Below, in pieces: positions 11,309 to 23,258 of a DNA stretch of 64,000 nt (its first letter is position 1; each line of letters opens with the position of its first letter). The DNA is taken from assembly GCA_000091205.1 (NCBI GenBank), contig AP006493.2, one strand, 5' to 3'. A model generated the notes under the pieces. The model ran no database searches. It saw only the letters and a program-made list of their open reading frames with translations, and was not told where the DNA came from. The stretch is from Cyanidioschyzon merolae. Lineage: Eukaryota. A program made the position numbers and the translations under genes.

Positions 11309-12854
11309 AATGGTATTATGACTTGCATGTATGCGTGCATGCAAATAGTCTGATACCAGAGAAGCCGCCATCTTCTCTCTCTAAGTGCGACGACGCTCCG
11401 CTCATTTCTAGAGCAGAATACCCGTCAGGAATGGATGCTCGACCGATCTCGCGATAATCCAGGTGCTGCACCTCTGTCGGGCTCACGCATATGCTTCTAA
11501 TGCAGGCACAGGGCAGCGACTGAAGCGCTTCGCCAGACGCTGGTTGTGCGCTTGCCAGGTCACGCACACTCGTCTCATACGGTGCGAACTCCATGCATTC
11601 ATCGAGCTTTCCCCGGTGTACCCAAATGCTGCTGGTGGCCACACAAGAGACCTCGGGTTCACCATGAGCGTTTCAACGTGTCTCGCACTCCATACTGGTG
11701 CTCTCCTCGGAATTCGAGCTGAGATGTATCCTGTGAGGATTCAGTTGCGGCACCTTACGCGACCACCGATGAATACCTGGTGCTTGCGTAATGCCGTGTG
11801 CGGGCGCTGACACGAACTGCAGTATGCTTCTGTGCGAGGCCAGCATGTGCCGTATTCCTGGAATCCAACAGGATGCGTAGCCAGGATACACTCATGTGCT
11901 ATGCTTTCGTGCCGAAAAGCTTCCCATCGTATATGTGTACCGCTCGCAGTGCCGATCACAAGCGCAGTGCTGTGGCGACAAGGGATCAAACATCGTGCCG
12001 TACTGTCGCGGTTTCGCCTCTGATGTGAACGGCGTTTCCGACTCAACGAGCCGCCGCCAGTCTCCCGTGAGCCGCTGCCTTTCTTCATGCGGTCGAGAGC
12101 CAGTCGCGATCAAGGCTCTTTGCGTACATCGAGGCAATGCCTGATTCTTTTGCAAAAATGCAGTGTGTCGATGACATGCTGGGGCTTCCAACCGCCACCT
12201 ACCGCGTCGGTGTCTGAGTATGTATGTGGTCAGTGATGCAGAAAACGCTCTGCGACACTAGAGCGTAATGATACATACACTTACAGACGCCTCCAGTCCT
12301 TCTTTGACCCGCTGACTGCTATAGATTTTGTTTTATCCAGGCAGAGAACGACCCTGAGAGGCTGCCACACCAAGTCGCATAGCGACAGCTTCCCGGTTCT
12401 CGCCTCGAGCAGTACACTTTACATGATATGGATGGCGGCGTTGATGTCCCGGTTCACGTACTCCTTGCGTTTATTGCCTGGAGTGGAACTCGCCTTTGCA
12501 AGGATTGTTTGACCTCGTGCACTCTGCGCCACTACAAGCTCATCATTATCCTGCCGTGCTGGCACCGTTTCTCGCCTATCTCCTCTCTCTTTTTCTTCGT
12601 CTCCTTCGCTCGATCATCGGTGAGAAGAGGATTTTTCCGTTTTTGTCGAACCCGGCGATGACGGGCATCTAGGATCTTCCACTTCTATGCCCATCGCTTT
12701 CCCTTAGACTTTATATTTCTTCAAATGAACGTACATCGAACCCATCTACTATAAACCGTGAAAAAGCAGTTGGTTACTGTATTCTAGAGGTGGAACACCA
12801 TTGCGTTGAAAGACTAAACGTTAGCCGTCAGGCACTTTCAGTTGAGCGCGCGCG

Positions 12855-15095
12855 TTGCACTCGAACGAATCTTATTCCATTTTAGGTAGCTGCAGCTGCT
12901 GCGGTATCTGTGCAGGCTTTAGAAGCCCGAAGTCCACAAAGGTTTATCAAGGAATGTTGAGGAAAGTGCGCGAAGAGCTTGCATACGATCAAGCGCTGTT
13001 CGCACTGCAGGCTTGGCAGAGCGGGTCCCGCTGGTGGCAGCGCGCTTCTGCAACGCCTTTTACGGAGTGTTCGCGGTGGCCCGGCGGGGGAACGTCGCAC
13101 GCTGGGCAAGCCGCCGTCAAAGTCCGCAAAAGACAGAGAATCTCTGTGCCAAAGTGGCAATGTGCAGCAAAGCGCTCCGTTGAACACGTTTGTCGTGAGT
13201 GTGGCCACACGGAGGCCCGGCGCTACGGGCGTTGTCCGTGCTGCCAGAGCTGGGACAGCATGGTGGAACAGCCTCGCAGGCGGCGTGAAGCTGGCGGTTT
13301 ACAACGCCCACGCGACGATTTCGCCAACCAAAGAAGACACAAGCTCTGGAGCGGTGATGCAAATCTTTGGTCTGGTGACAGCGACCAGCTCAATGACTGG
13401 TTGCAGGGCGCGGGCACCGCGCCGTTGCCACTTGGTATCCTACGGCGCGGGCTAGGTCCAGGAACTGAACACAAGGTTGCGAAGGCGTCCGCATTGGACG
13501 GCAGTTCGAGCGGTAATGCATCGGGGAAGCTTCCGCACGCTGCATCCATGGAATCTAACAGAGCGCAACCAGTTGAGGTTCACAGGTTACTGACCTGCTC
13601 GGCCGAGTTTAATCGAGTGACTGGCGGAGGCATTGTTCCTGGTTCACTGCTCCTGATCGGCGGGGAGCCCGGCAACGGAAAGAGCACTCTTCTGTTGCAG
13701 ATTGCAGGTGATGTGGCCAGCAGCGGCTGCCGCGTCCTCTATGTTTCTGCGGAGGAATCTGTAGAACAGGTAAGTTCGCGTGCCGCCCGTTTGTTTGGAC
13801 TCATGGAACCCCGTCAAGAGGAATCGACGGAAAGGCGTCAAAGCCTCGAGAGAAATCTTCTCATCATGCACGAGGCCTGCTTGGAGGATATTCTCGACAT
13901 TGTTGAAGAGATCCAGGCGGGGCGAGAAAACGCTCCACCAAACAGCGCTCCAAGAGCGACAACGGCGAGCGCATCGACAACACCTACGGCGACTGTGCCC
14001 AGCACAGGTGCTCCGTCGAAAGCAGTCGGCGCTGGACGCAAAGACGCCTCCACGGTGGACAACACTGATGCCCAGTCGCCGCTGGGGTTGCTCATTATCG
14101 ATTCCATTCAGACTGTGTATACGCAGGAGAATGAGCAAGAATCAGCAGCCCCGGGCAGTATCGTGCAGGTGCGGCACTGCACGAACCGTCTGCTTGGACT
14201 CGCAAAGCGGCAACAACAACGGCTAAGAGAGCCGTGGCAGCGCACTGCGATTATGCTGATTGGTCACGTCACCAAATCAGGTGACTTGGCTGGACCCAAA
14301 CTGCTCGAGCACATGGTCGACGTGGTCCTCTACCTCGAATCTGAGCAGGGTCTCTTCCAGCATCGCATTCTGCGCTGTACAAAAAACCGCTTCGGACCGA
14401 CGGATATCGGCATCTTTGATCTCACCTCACGGGGTCTCGTAGATGTTCCGAATCCAAGCCTGCTGTACTTCCAGGCTGCCGAGTCGAGTCTGATGCATGA
14501 CAGTGATGGAGCCGCGAAAGCGCCGAACAACCCATTCCACACCTACGCCCGTGAATCCACTGACGGCACCGCATTCTCCATGGTCGTCGATGGAACCCGC
14601 GCTTTCCTCGTCGAAATCCAGGCCTTGGTTGCAAAGACCTCGCTCACCCAGCCCCGTCGGACGAGCAACGGTTTCGATCTTTCTCGTCTTTACGTTATTC
14701 TGGCGGTTTTATCAAAACGAGCTCGACTGCGACTCGAGACACACGATGTCTATATGAACGTGGTAGGTGGAGCCCGCATCCAAGACCCCGCTGCAGATAT
14801 GGCGGCAGCGGTGGCACTTGCATCCTCATTACTCGCGAGGGCGCCTCGGCCGGATACAGCATTCATTGGAGAGCTCGGCCTGCAGGGTGAAGTTCGCCCG
14901 GTACCCCGTCTCGACCTGCGTCTACGGGATATCGCGCGACTCGGATTCCGCTTCTGTGTTTGCAGCGATCGTTTGAGTTCAAGACAGGAGACTGCTGCTC
15001 GGGAGACGGGCCTCCAAGTCATTCGATGCCGTACTATTTCCCAGGTGCTGCAATTCGGCATTCCCGAAGAGATAGCACCCACGGAGCAGCACTGA
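12855..15095 (+). CDS. radA: DNA repair protein RadA/Sms (bacterial type; zinc finger, RecA-like ATPase, Lon-like C-terminal domain)
   Basis: C4 zinc finger CRECGHTEARRYGRCPCCQSW. Walker A FNRVTGGGIVPGSLLLIGGEPGNGKSTLLLQ. KNRFG motif RCTKNRFGPTDIGIFDL. Lon-like domain VVGGARIQDPAADMAAAVALASS. A low-complexity insertion lies between Walker A and LLIIDSIQ. The N-terminal roughly 100 aa may be a targeting sequence; the start codon is uncertain. Confidence 0.85.
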   Translation: MHSNESYSILGSCSCCGICAGFRSPKSTKVYQGMLRKVREELAYDQALFALQAWQSGSRWWQRASATPFTECSRWPGGGTSHAGQAAVKVRKRQRISVPKWQCAAKRSVEHVCRECGHTEARRYGRCPCCQSWDSMVEQPRRRREAGGLQRPRDDFANQRRHKLWSGDANLWSGDSDQLNDWLQGAGTAPLPLGILRRGLGPGTEHKVAKASALDGSSSGNASGKLPHAASMESNRAQPVEVHRLLTCSAEFNRVTGGGIVPGSLLLIGGEPGNGKSTLLLQIAGDVASSGCRVLYVSAEESVEQVSSRAARLFGLMEPRQEESTERRQSLERNLLIMHEACLEDILDIVEEIQAGRENAPPNSAPRATTASASTTPTATVPSTGAPSKAVGAGRKDASTVDNTDAQSPLGLLIIDSIQTVYTQENEQESAAPGSIVQVRHCTNRLLGLAKRQQQRLREPWQRTAIMLIGHVTKSGDLAGPKLLEHMVDVVLYLESEQGLFQHRILRCTKNRFGPTDIGIFDLTSRGLVDVPNPSLLYFQAAESSLMHDSDGAAKAPNNPFHTYARESTDGTAFSMVVDGTRAFLVEIQALVAKTSLTQPRRTSNGFDLSRLYVILAVLSKRARLRLETHDVYMNVVGGARIQDPAADMAAAVALASSLLARAPRPDTAFIGELGLQGEVRPVPRLDLRLRDIARLGFRFCVCSDRLSSRQETAARETGLQVIRCRTISQVLQFGIPEEIAPTEQH

Positions 15096-16439
15096 TTGAT
15101 CGAGCTGCTTCGGGGTGTGGGTGCGGGTCCCGATGCATTGTACGCATCATGAAAACGCATCCAGACGCTCTGCACTGAGATGGAACCAGAGTCGCACGTC
15201 GCAAGGCATCGAAGGGCGTACCAGACGCTGGCGACGCTGGTGAACGTTGCCGACGCTGTCACGTGCGCTGGGCGCCAGGAGACTGCGTTTGCGCTATTCG
15301 GTATCGACAGCGGTCGTCTGCAGCGCTCAGCACCCCAAAACGTCAATACAGCAGGCGTTTAGGATCTTGAGTTGCTTAGTAGATGGTACTGATTGTGAGG
15401 TGGCGGTGTCCGCGGGTGCGTTTACAACCGCGGCTCCGTGCACGCATCCTCGTGGCTGAGTTTACGTGCCGTTTCTATATGTGCAGTACGCGCGTCGCAA
15501 ATATCCCGGCTGCGGTCATTGCATACTCATGGATATCGTGTCTGGGAGCAGCACGGGCAGCTACCAAATGCCGAAGAAAACTACTTCCATTGTGTAAACA
15601 TGTATATGTGTGTATGCGGCGCTCCAGTGTGTCAGAAATGCTGACCGTTCCACACCAGTTGCTTCGTCGAGGCGGGAATCCAGTCACGTTTCTCCTGGTC
15701 GCTGCTTTCGTTCCTTCCGAAAAGTTGCAATGTTTCCGCACAATGCCTTCGCCGAGTACGAAACGATTCCCATGGAATTCCGCTCGATAGAAAGCCGTTG
15801 GACGCTCAGAAAGCATGCCGCATATCAGGGTATTGACCGAGACGGTCAAGTGCCGTTGCAAAAAGTGTTTGCGGGCGTTGCTGCAGGTGGAATCACGCGA
15901 GAACAAGCCTCTCAACTTCGACTGACTTGCCGTCTGATATTCGATCGGCTCCATGTGCGCGCTTCAGTGCATGTGGCTCTGATACACGCTCTTGGTCTCA
16001 AGCTGTCCTCCCAAGAACACTTGCTCGTGATGCGCGTATACCCTCTTGAACGCATCGATGGGAATCGTGTAGAATCGATTCCTGCACTCCCTGTCTGCTC
16101 AAGGCGACGCCCTGGGATTGCGGTATTCGCACGTCAATGCACATTCACGGCCATAGGCTATCAAGAATCGATGCGACTTGTCGGTCACTTCCTTTTCTGA
16201 CTCTTTGAATACGTTTGCGAATGTATGCCCCTTGCCTCTGTGCAAGAAAAACAGCGGCGACTTTTACGCTATCTCATGTGCTCCTGTCAGGTGTCGTCCG
16301 CATGGACGATTTGGACGCTCATCTAATTTCTGCATGAATCACAAAAACATCCACATTTTCTCGATAGGTTGCAAAACGCATCGAGATGAATCATGACGCC
16401 GTCATCGCCTTTGTTGGTATACCCGCGTTGCGCCGATCA

Positions 16440-16580
16440 TGTCCGACTCTGTTGGTACTACCGAGCCCTGACAAAGCTGAGCGGATTCATCTGCATTCTG
16501 TTCAGGTCCTTGGCGCCGTCCTCTTGACTCAGCGGCCTGGCGACGGCCAGATGCCCCGCAACCCGAAATCCGCACCCCAC
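16440..16580 (+). repeat. Short dispersed repeat, copy 1 (core about 60 bp; inverted relative to the copy at 39290..39425)
   Basis: ccgagccctgacaaagctgagcggattcatctgcattctgttcaggtccttggcgccg matches the reverse complement of 39345..39402 at about 85% identity. Spurious ORFs on both strands share ...GAKDLNR(M/K)QMNPL(S/N)F.... Confidence 0.6.
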
Positions 16581-18135
16581 TACGAAATCGTTCACTGCAT
16601 CCACCAGGAGTCGTTGAAAAAAAATCACCGCGCACTGAGCAGACGTACAGTACAGCGCAGTCCAGAGCATCACTATCTACAGTGATACAATGAATGTCTA
16701 TGTGAAATAAACGGAGCACATCGAACCGAGGGTCAGGGAGGGCGACGGTTCTCGCATTTCGTTTCAATGCTGCCGTGCCCTGGGGGGATCCGTTCAGGAG
16801 CACCTGGTAACCCAAGGCGCAAGGAGAGCAGGCATCAAGTTGGATCCATCCTTTTTATACAAAGTTCGTCGGTCCGATGTCGTGAGTTCCACCCTGAGCT
16901 TGCTCGTTCTGTTGTGACGTTCGCACGCGTTGCTGCATCGCTTCCGAACACGCGACCACGTCGAGCTTTTCCGAGTCCAGCTCGTCATTTGACTCCATCG
17001 ACTCGCGAGCAACCCTTTCTATCAGTCCAAACTTGTCGGATCTAGTAACCATAGGGCAGATAAATACATAAATTCTCACAGAGAGCTCTTCATGAAGCGC
17101 TCGATATTGACCCGCATATGTGTTTTGAGGTGATGATGCGATATATCCGCACTTACGCAATCGAACTTGATCCATCGTGGACGTGGCGTGGCGAATCGCC
17201 AGGCTCTTCATGGACACGGTTCGTAAATTCCCTGATCCTATGCTTATTCCGCACTGGGTCTTCGGTTCCGACGATCACCCGTGCCGTTGCACAAAGGCAA
17301 TGTCGATAAGTACAAACGAAATGTGAACAGCTTGCAGCCCTGCGTCCGAACGATGACAAACCGTTGCTCGATGAGATGCGTCAAGGCGAGCAAAGCAACC
17401 CGGACTTTCCGCAGCTCAGAGGCTGCACCATCCCTGATCGTGTCCTGCATCTCTTGTTTTCGAATATTCTCCCCGTTGATGTTCTGTAGTAGGCAGGGTT
17501 TGGGAACCGAATCACAATGACCATTCCGCTCTGACAGTGTTCGCTCTCAGTCAGTTCCCGCCCGTTTCCAGCAAAATCTTTCTGTTCTTCGTTTGGCGGC
17601 GTCGTATCCTTCATCTCCTTGGTCGTCCAGTGAAGTTCTCAACCATATTTCTGGAAGCGTAAGCTTGTCTCACGGCCACCGTTGGCAGGCGCACTCACAC
17701 TGATGCCCTTCACGCTCGGTATGCGAATGAGCACTGCAAGCGGAGACGAGACTTTTATGCGGTTTTGCGTGAAACGCTCAGCATGAATCGACCAGAAACG
17801 TACCAACACACAATAAGATACAGGCCTATTCGATACAAAGTCTCTCCTGCTACCCAGGACGTCGTGCATTGCTGGAGCACCGGATGCCCAGCATTCTCGG
17901 AAAAGCCTAGAGCCCCGCGCAACGCACTGCGAACGGAAACCTTCTGGTGCGCTCTGTGCTTAGCGATAGCGGAGAGACTGTATCGCAAAGATTCAGGCGG
18001 TATGCCAATGACTAATTTACTGCAAAATCTAGACTTGCTGAAGAAACTGATGGAACTGGGCGTCTAGTCCAGGGTTTATTTGCAACGATATCGCTCTGCG
18101 CTGGCACACTGCGAACATACGCTGCGCCGGTTTCC

Positions 18136-20010
18136 GTGCGGCGGCAGCGTCCTCGGTCGCTATCCGTCTACAAGCGACCGTACATGCTCGCAACCGGAAA
18201 CGCTTCGAAGCAAGAGAAGCGCCCTCCGTCGGGTTCCGCTTTCGAGCGTGGTCGACGAAAGCGGTCAACAACGTATACCTCCCGAACCAAGCTGCGGAAA
18301 CCGGAATCTCCAACCGATGAGTTCGGAACCGCTGAACCGGGCTCATGGGCGTCACTTGTCAAGTCTCGTCCGGGTTCAGTTGCCCTCTGGCTAAAATACG
18401 CCGCATCCGAAACCCAGAAACGTGGTCCCGAAGCCGGTCGAGAAGTCCTGGAGCAAGCCCTCCAGAGCCGGGATCTCTACCGACAGGAGGCATTGTGGCG
18501 TGCCTTGGCCACGAAATATCAGACCTGTTATGAAGCGGCTCTAAAGAAGATACGACAAGCTATTCAGCTCCTGCCAAGAAGTGCGTCGCTCTGGGAACTG
18601 TACACAGAGCTTCGTTATTTTCCATCGGAGGTGCTGGTTCGCTGCCCGCTGGATGAATGCAGCGACGCTGACGATCGTACACAAGTGCCACTCTTTGTTC
18701 ATTTCGAACAAGAATGGCTCACCGCTTTGCAAGAAACACACGCAAGTCTAGAAGAAAAGGAGCATGTGTATCTCATCTGGGCCGCAACCTTGCGGCGGCT
18801 ACAGAACACGCAAGCATCCTCCTGCAGCCGTGCTGAGAACCTGGAAACTGCAGCGCGTGATTTTCCCGAAAAAAACATAGATGCTGTCGCACGGGCGTCG
18901 TCCGGGGAAACGATCGCTCATGCTGTGCTTCTACGTGGAGCGCGTTGTCTTCGTTCAGCTCGTTTATGGAAATACTTCCTGGAAAGCGCCGTATCACTAA
19001 GCGGGAACGACGACCTGGCCCTGCTCGAGGAGGCCATGTGCAGCGTCCCGCCTCTACGCAATGATTCATGGTTCTGCGATGTTCTTCGAGCGCGCCGTGA
19101 GCGCTGGGCTCTTGAACGCGATACAAGGACGCTTGCGAGCCACGTCGAGCGTTTCCCTACAGATCCGGAAGCGTGGCTCATGTTTGCCGAACACTATCGA
19201 TCTGTGTACGCTGATGAAACCCAAGCGGAAGCGATTTTGTTGACTTTCTTGCAGTACGGCTTTTCTCAAGCACCTGGTGACTCGGTCGCCCGCTTCATTG
19301 CTACCTTGCTGGATCAATCTTGGTCCCGTACGAGGAGCCTTGCTCGAGTGCGCGCTTTTCAGGAGAGCGCCCTTGCCTGTGCAAGCGATCGAGCCGCTCG
19401 AGATGCTATTTTTCGGGAATCTTTGCGATTTGAGCGCTACAAAGCAGTCTGTCTGGAGCGATGTAGGGAGCTGTTTCGTCGTTGGCTCGCGGAGGCTCCG
19501 CATTTAGCCTCGGTTTGGGCATCCTGGGCGCAGCTCGAACGCGAGGTGGCGAAGGTGCCGGCCAACGCTGTTCTGGTACTGCAGGTCGCCGTGGATTTGT
19601 TTCATGAGGCATTTGAGCTGCATCCATCCGGTGATGCGATGTGTCGGCAGCGTCAAATGCTGCAGATTCTGGCGCTTTGGAGATCACTGATCGATTCGCG
19701 CCTTGCGGAATGCTCAGATCCGCAGCAGCAACAGGACGCTCTTCGGAGCGCTTACCGAGTCTTGTTGAACAGATATTCCAATTCGCTTGCGGTTGTTTGC
19801 TCGTATGCAGCATTGGAAGCTTTTACTGGCGAAGGAGGCCTTGATTCGGCGCTGGAATTCTTGCGTCAGAGAAGACTAGAGGAGCACTGGCCTCCAGAAG
19901 ATCAGCTGCGACTAACTGAATTCGTAGCGGCGTTACGGAGAACACACGCCGCGGTGAGTCGGCGGATACGAGCTCGTCTCTGGCAAGATATCCGCGATCC
20001 GTCTGACTAG
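18136..20010 (+). CDS. HAT/TPR (half-a-TPR) repeat protein, probable RNA-processing factor
   Basis: Repeated W-L-x-Y/F-A helical repeats (WLKYAASETQKRG, WLMFAEHYRSVYADE, WASWAQLEREVAK) resembling HAT repeats. The specific family is not resolved. Confidence 0.45.
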   Translation: MRRQRPRSLSVYKRPYMLATGNASKQEKRPPSGSAFERGRRKRSTTYTSRTKLRKPESPTDEFGTAEPGSWASLVKSRPGSVALWLKYAASETQKRGPEAGREVLEQALQSRDLYRQEALWRALATKYQTCYEAALKKIRQAIQLLPRSASLWELYTELRYFPSEVLVRCPLDECSDADDRTQVPLFVHFEQEWLTALQETHASLEEKEHVYLIWAATLRRLQNTQASSCSRAENLETAARDFPEKNIDAVARASSGETIAHAVLLRGARCLRSARLWKYFLESAVSLSGNDDLALLEEAMCSVPPLRNDSWFCDVLRARRERWALERDTRTLASHVERFPTDPEAWLMFAEHYRSVYADETQAEAILLTFLQYGFSQAPGDSVARFIATLLDQSWSRTRSLARVRAFQESALACASDRAARDAIFRESLRFERYKAVCLERCRELFRRWLAEAPHLASVWASWAQLEREVAKVPANAVLVLQVAVDLFHEAFELHPSGDAMCRQRQMLQILALWRSLIDSRLAECSDPQQQQDALRSAYRVLLNRYSNSLAVVCSYAALEAFTGEGGLDSALEFLRQRRLEEHWPPEDQLRLTEFVAALRRTHAAVSRRIRARLWQDIRDPSD

Positions 20011-21185
20011 AAACTTGTAGATTTGGGGCAAAAACAGAGACACTAGGAGGTGCATAGTCCCCAGCTTTGGTGAAACGCGTAATTTCCGTGTTTGAGGCGG
20101 GTCATCCAGTGGTCCAAGACCCCGAGTTGCTGTGTGTTGCACAAGTGCCCGGTGCGCGCGGCCACGTAACGACGTGCATGGTCCGTAACTGATATGAGTT
20201 ACACGAATGCAGCGGGACAGCAGTGATGAACTCGGGCGCAGTATCTCAACACCTAACCTGCCTGGGTCTTGTATTCGTCATTTTTACATCAATTGTGCCG
20301 CTGCGTCACGCGGAGAACTTCACAAATCATTCCTCTGCTCCACAAGCAAATCAAAGCGAGAACGATATGCGGAGCGAAAACGGGCAGTAGACGAGTACTC
20401 GCCCGATATCTAACGAGAATCGAAAGCGCCCTGATTCGCGTATCGCAGATCAATGGGAATCCGAGGCCCTGTTTGCTCCGCCCAGGGTGCTCAGTGCTGC
20501 GATGTGCTACAACCGCTCCAGCTTTTCAAGTTTTGTACAGGCGGCAATTTGACATCCAATGCCCCACCAGATCTAGACGCATCTCCATTCATGTACATGA
20601 ATTCCAAAAGGCCATCCCCTGCACTAGGCTTGCAGAACGGCGCACTGCAGGATCGCAAGCGACCAGGTGCTGTGAATGTCTTGTTGTATGCAGAGCAGTG
20701 AACTCTGGTGCACATGTGCCAGGACGTCGTTTTTGTGATCGCTTCGTTTTTCTCGTGAGTGTTCATGAAAAGGATTGTTTCCTGTAGATTGGAGAACGGT
20801 GACGGAATGATTTTATGATGTTTCGGCTAGCTAGAAAAAAACGGACTTGCATCTGCTATTCAATGATTTTCCGCTCAGCTGGTAAATGAACCACCTTTCT
20901 CGTACACGTTATCCTGAACGTCCTGTATTCAAAACAAGACCATTCAATTTCAATGTACAAGACTGTCTGCTCGTGCACCCATTCCACTCCATAAGTTGTG
21001 TGAAAAAGACTCCCAAAAAAGCCACAGGACATGATGAATGTTTTGCTGTTCATTCAAACTGTGACGGATAGACACGGATGGGTAGAGAAAAAAGCACGCT
21101 TCTCGGTGAGGCAGTCATGCGTTGATCAACACACGCTCGATTCCGTGCTGGAACGTAAACGCTTAACTTTTTTGGACTTGGTCCT

Positions 21186-22500
21186 GTGACACCCCCGCTG
21201 AATTTATTCGAATGCCTTCTCGCAGCGTATAGATATGGAGATAGAGACCAGGACGCAGTGTACCGTGCAGATCGTAGACGAATTGCCTTTGGAATATATT
21301 GTTTACTGAATGGCGCAAGCAGGACTGTATTTCTACCTCAGGTCAGTCATAACTCAGTGCGCAGATGTTTGGTGAACACTAAAAGAAGCAAGTACTGGCG
21401 CTCCGCGCCGCACACGAACACTCTTGAAGACTGCTTGCGATCAACGGTAGAAATCAACACGTTGATCAGCTTACGGAAGGCAAAAGCGATGCTTGTAGTC
21501 GCCACGGGCGTCTCTCCTTCTAGTCAGCTTGTTCGTATTTTCCTAGAAACTCTGGGATCCATTCGCCAAGGAAAGAGTCATTGTTCACGAACGGCTCTTT
21601 TCCACCGAAATCGCAACGAAAGCGTTCCTGGAATGCCGCGATGATTATAAAATACAGGAACGTCAGTTTGTTTTTTAGTCGATGTGACTTGCCTCGGATG
21701 AAACAGTCCTTGCGTATATCGATATTCGCGGAGCAGGGCCCCCATGCTACGTACTATCGAACTCGTAGAGAACGGGGAAATCATGTGTTCCCGCTGCATT
21801 GGATTCATTTGGCGGCCGCAATTACGCTCACGGAAAAAGCCTATAGAACAACACCAAGCACTTCGTCGAATCATGGAATACTTTTCCCATGATGTCTGGC
21901 GACGTCCTTCTAGTGGCCAACATGGTATTTCACGATCCCTGTTGCGTTCGAGCTTTTGCCGATTCTATCTTGGAAAAGAGCTACTTTTCATCCCGGCGTA
22001 CTTTTCGAGCTTGAACCGTATCTGAAGGGGTGTATTCTCTCGAGAACCGTAACGATTGCCCCAGGAGGCGAATCGTTCAAGCGCTCAGCACACGGTTATA
22101 CCGGGACGCATGTCGTCTTTCTTCCGCAAATCCCTCTTCCTCCAGAAAGGCCCTCACCTAAGGGTATAAAGAAGTGCGTTGCGATTAGAAAAATTAAGGC
22201 ATGAGCTCGATTATACGCTTCAGAAAGTCGAGATACGGAGAAGGCGAAGAAGGGCCCGGTAGATAAAAAATGCATATCGCAGACAGAGCGATAAATAGCA
22301 GAGAGGGCACGAGTTCGAGGAATCCTCGCACTTTCAGCTCAAACAGAGGCACAGAACGCATGGCATTCATGAACCGAGACTTTAACGCCGCCATCAGTAT
22401 CAGGAGTTGCGCAAGGCTGAAGAAGAGGCCCCAGGAGCTGAAGCTGTCTAACTTTGTGATGCAGCCTCTTCGACTCTCGAAGTTGACAAAGAGAAGCTGA
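21186..22500 (+). mobile_element. Decayed TnpB/Fanzor-like (IS605 OrfB-type RuvC nuclease) element, copy 1
   Basis: C-terminal RuvC-III signature MAFMNRDFNAAISIRSCA at 22360..22401. An upstream zinc-ribbon-like segment reads TIELVENGEIMCSRCIGF. It sits in a lower-GC island. The reading frame is interrupted, so it is not a clean single ORF. Confidence 0.4.
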
Positions 22501-22799
22501 AGCCGATGGCGGGCGGCCGGTCCAAAAACGCTGGGAGGCGTCTGCGTATGGGTATTCATTTACCCTCCAAGGTCGTAGTACATTTAATGTTTCACGGACA
22601 TGTGCAGTTTCCGTCCGTGCTGCAGACTGGTGCAGCTTCCCGCCACCTGCCCCATGCTGGAAAGCATTCGTTACGCTGCGACGCGCCAGCCGCGCAGCGT
22701 CGCCGGATATTCCAGAGCCGCCGCGACCTCGCGCTTGAGAGCGCACGTTCCGTTAGAAACGGGGTTTTTCGTTTTGGAGCGGGTGCAGAGGCCGTAGTC

Positions 22800-23258
22800 A
22801 TGTCGACACCGGCTCGGAGAAGACTCATACGGGACTTCAAGAAACTGCAACAGGATCCTCCTGCTGGTATCTCAGCAGCACCAAGTGAAGCAGACGTCTT
22901 GAAGTGGACAGGAGTAATTTTCGGCCCGGAGGACTCCGTGTTTGAAGGCGGGGTCTTCAAGTTGACCCTAACGTTCAGCGAGGAGTACCCAAATAAGCCT
23001 CCTGTCGTCAAGTTTATAACCAAAGTCTTTCATCCTAACTTTTACTATGGAGACGGAGGAGTCTGTTTGGACTTGCTCCAGAACAGCTGGAGCCCCATCT
23101 ATGACGTTGCGGCCGTCTTGACCTCTATTCAGTCGTTGCTGTGTGACCCCAACCCGAACTCGCCGGCGAATGCGGAGGCCGCCAGGCTATACCTAGAAGA
23201 CCGGCGAGAGTATAATAAACGCGTCCTGCAGTGCGTGGAAGAGTCGTGGTTGACTTGA
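22800..23258 (+). CDS. UBC2: Ubiquitin-conjugating enzyme E2 (UBC2/RAD6 family), 152 aa
   Basis: [30 protein letters not shown]...[20 protein letters not shown]...[36 protein letters not shown] is near-identical across the whole length to RAD6/UBE2A. ORF 22506..23258 is an upstream extension; the true start is the ATG at 22800. Confidence 0.9.
   Translation: MSTPARRRLIRDFKKLQQDPPAGISAAPSEADVLKWTGVIFGPEDSVFEGGVFKLTLTFSEEYPNKPPVVKFITKVFHPNFYYGDGGVCLDLLQNSWSPIYDVAAVLTSIQSLLCDPNPNSPANAEAARLYLEDRREYNKRVLQCVEESWLT

Noticed and set aside
13644-14138. Long antisense ORFs opposite real genes (for example 13644..14138(-), 14750..15346(-), 54622..55158(-), 3202..3792(+))
   Set aside because: These are typical artefacts of GC-rich coding sequence, where the opposite strand lacks stops. 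They show no homology and overlap confidently assigned genes.
15475-17217. ORFs 15610..16200(+), 15475..15954(-) and 16855..17217(-) as genes in the RadA to HAT intergenic interval
   Set aside because: None has a recognisable family or convincing motif. They overlap each other on opposite strands. A small unannotated gene cannot be excluded, but there is nothing to support a call.
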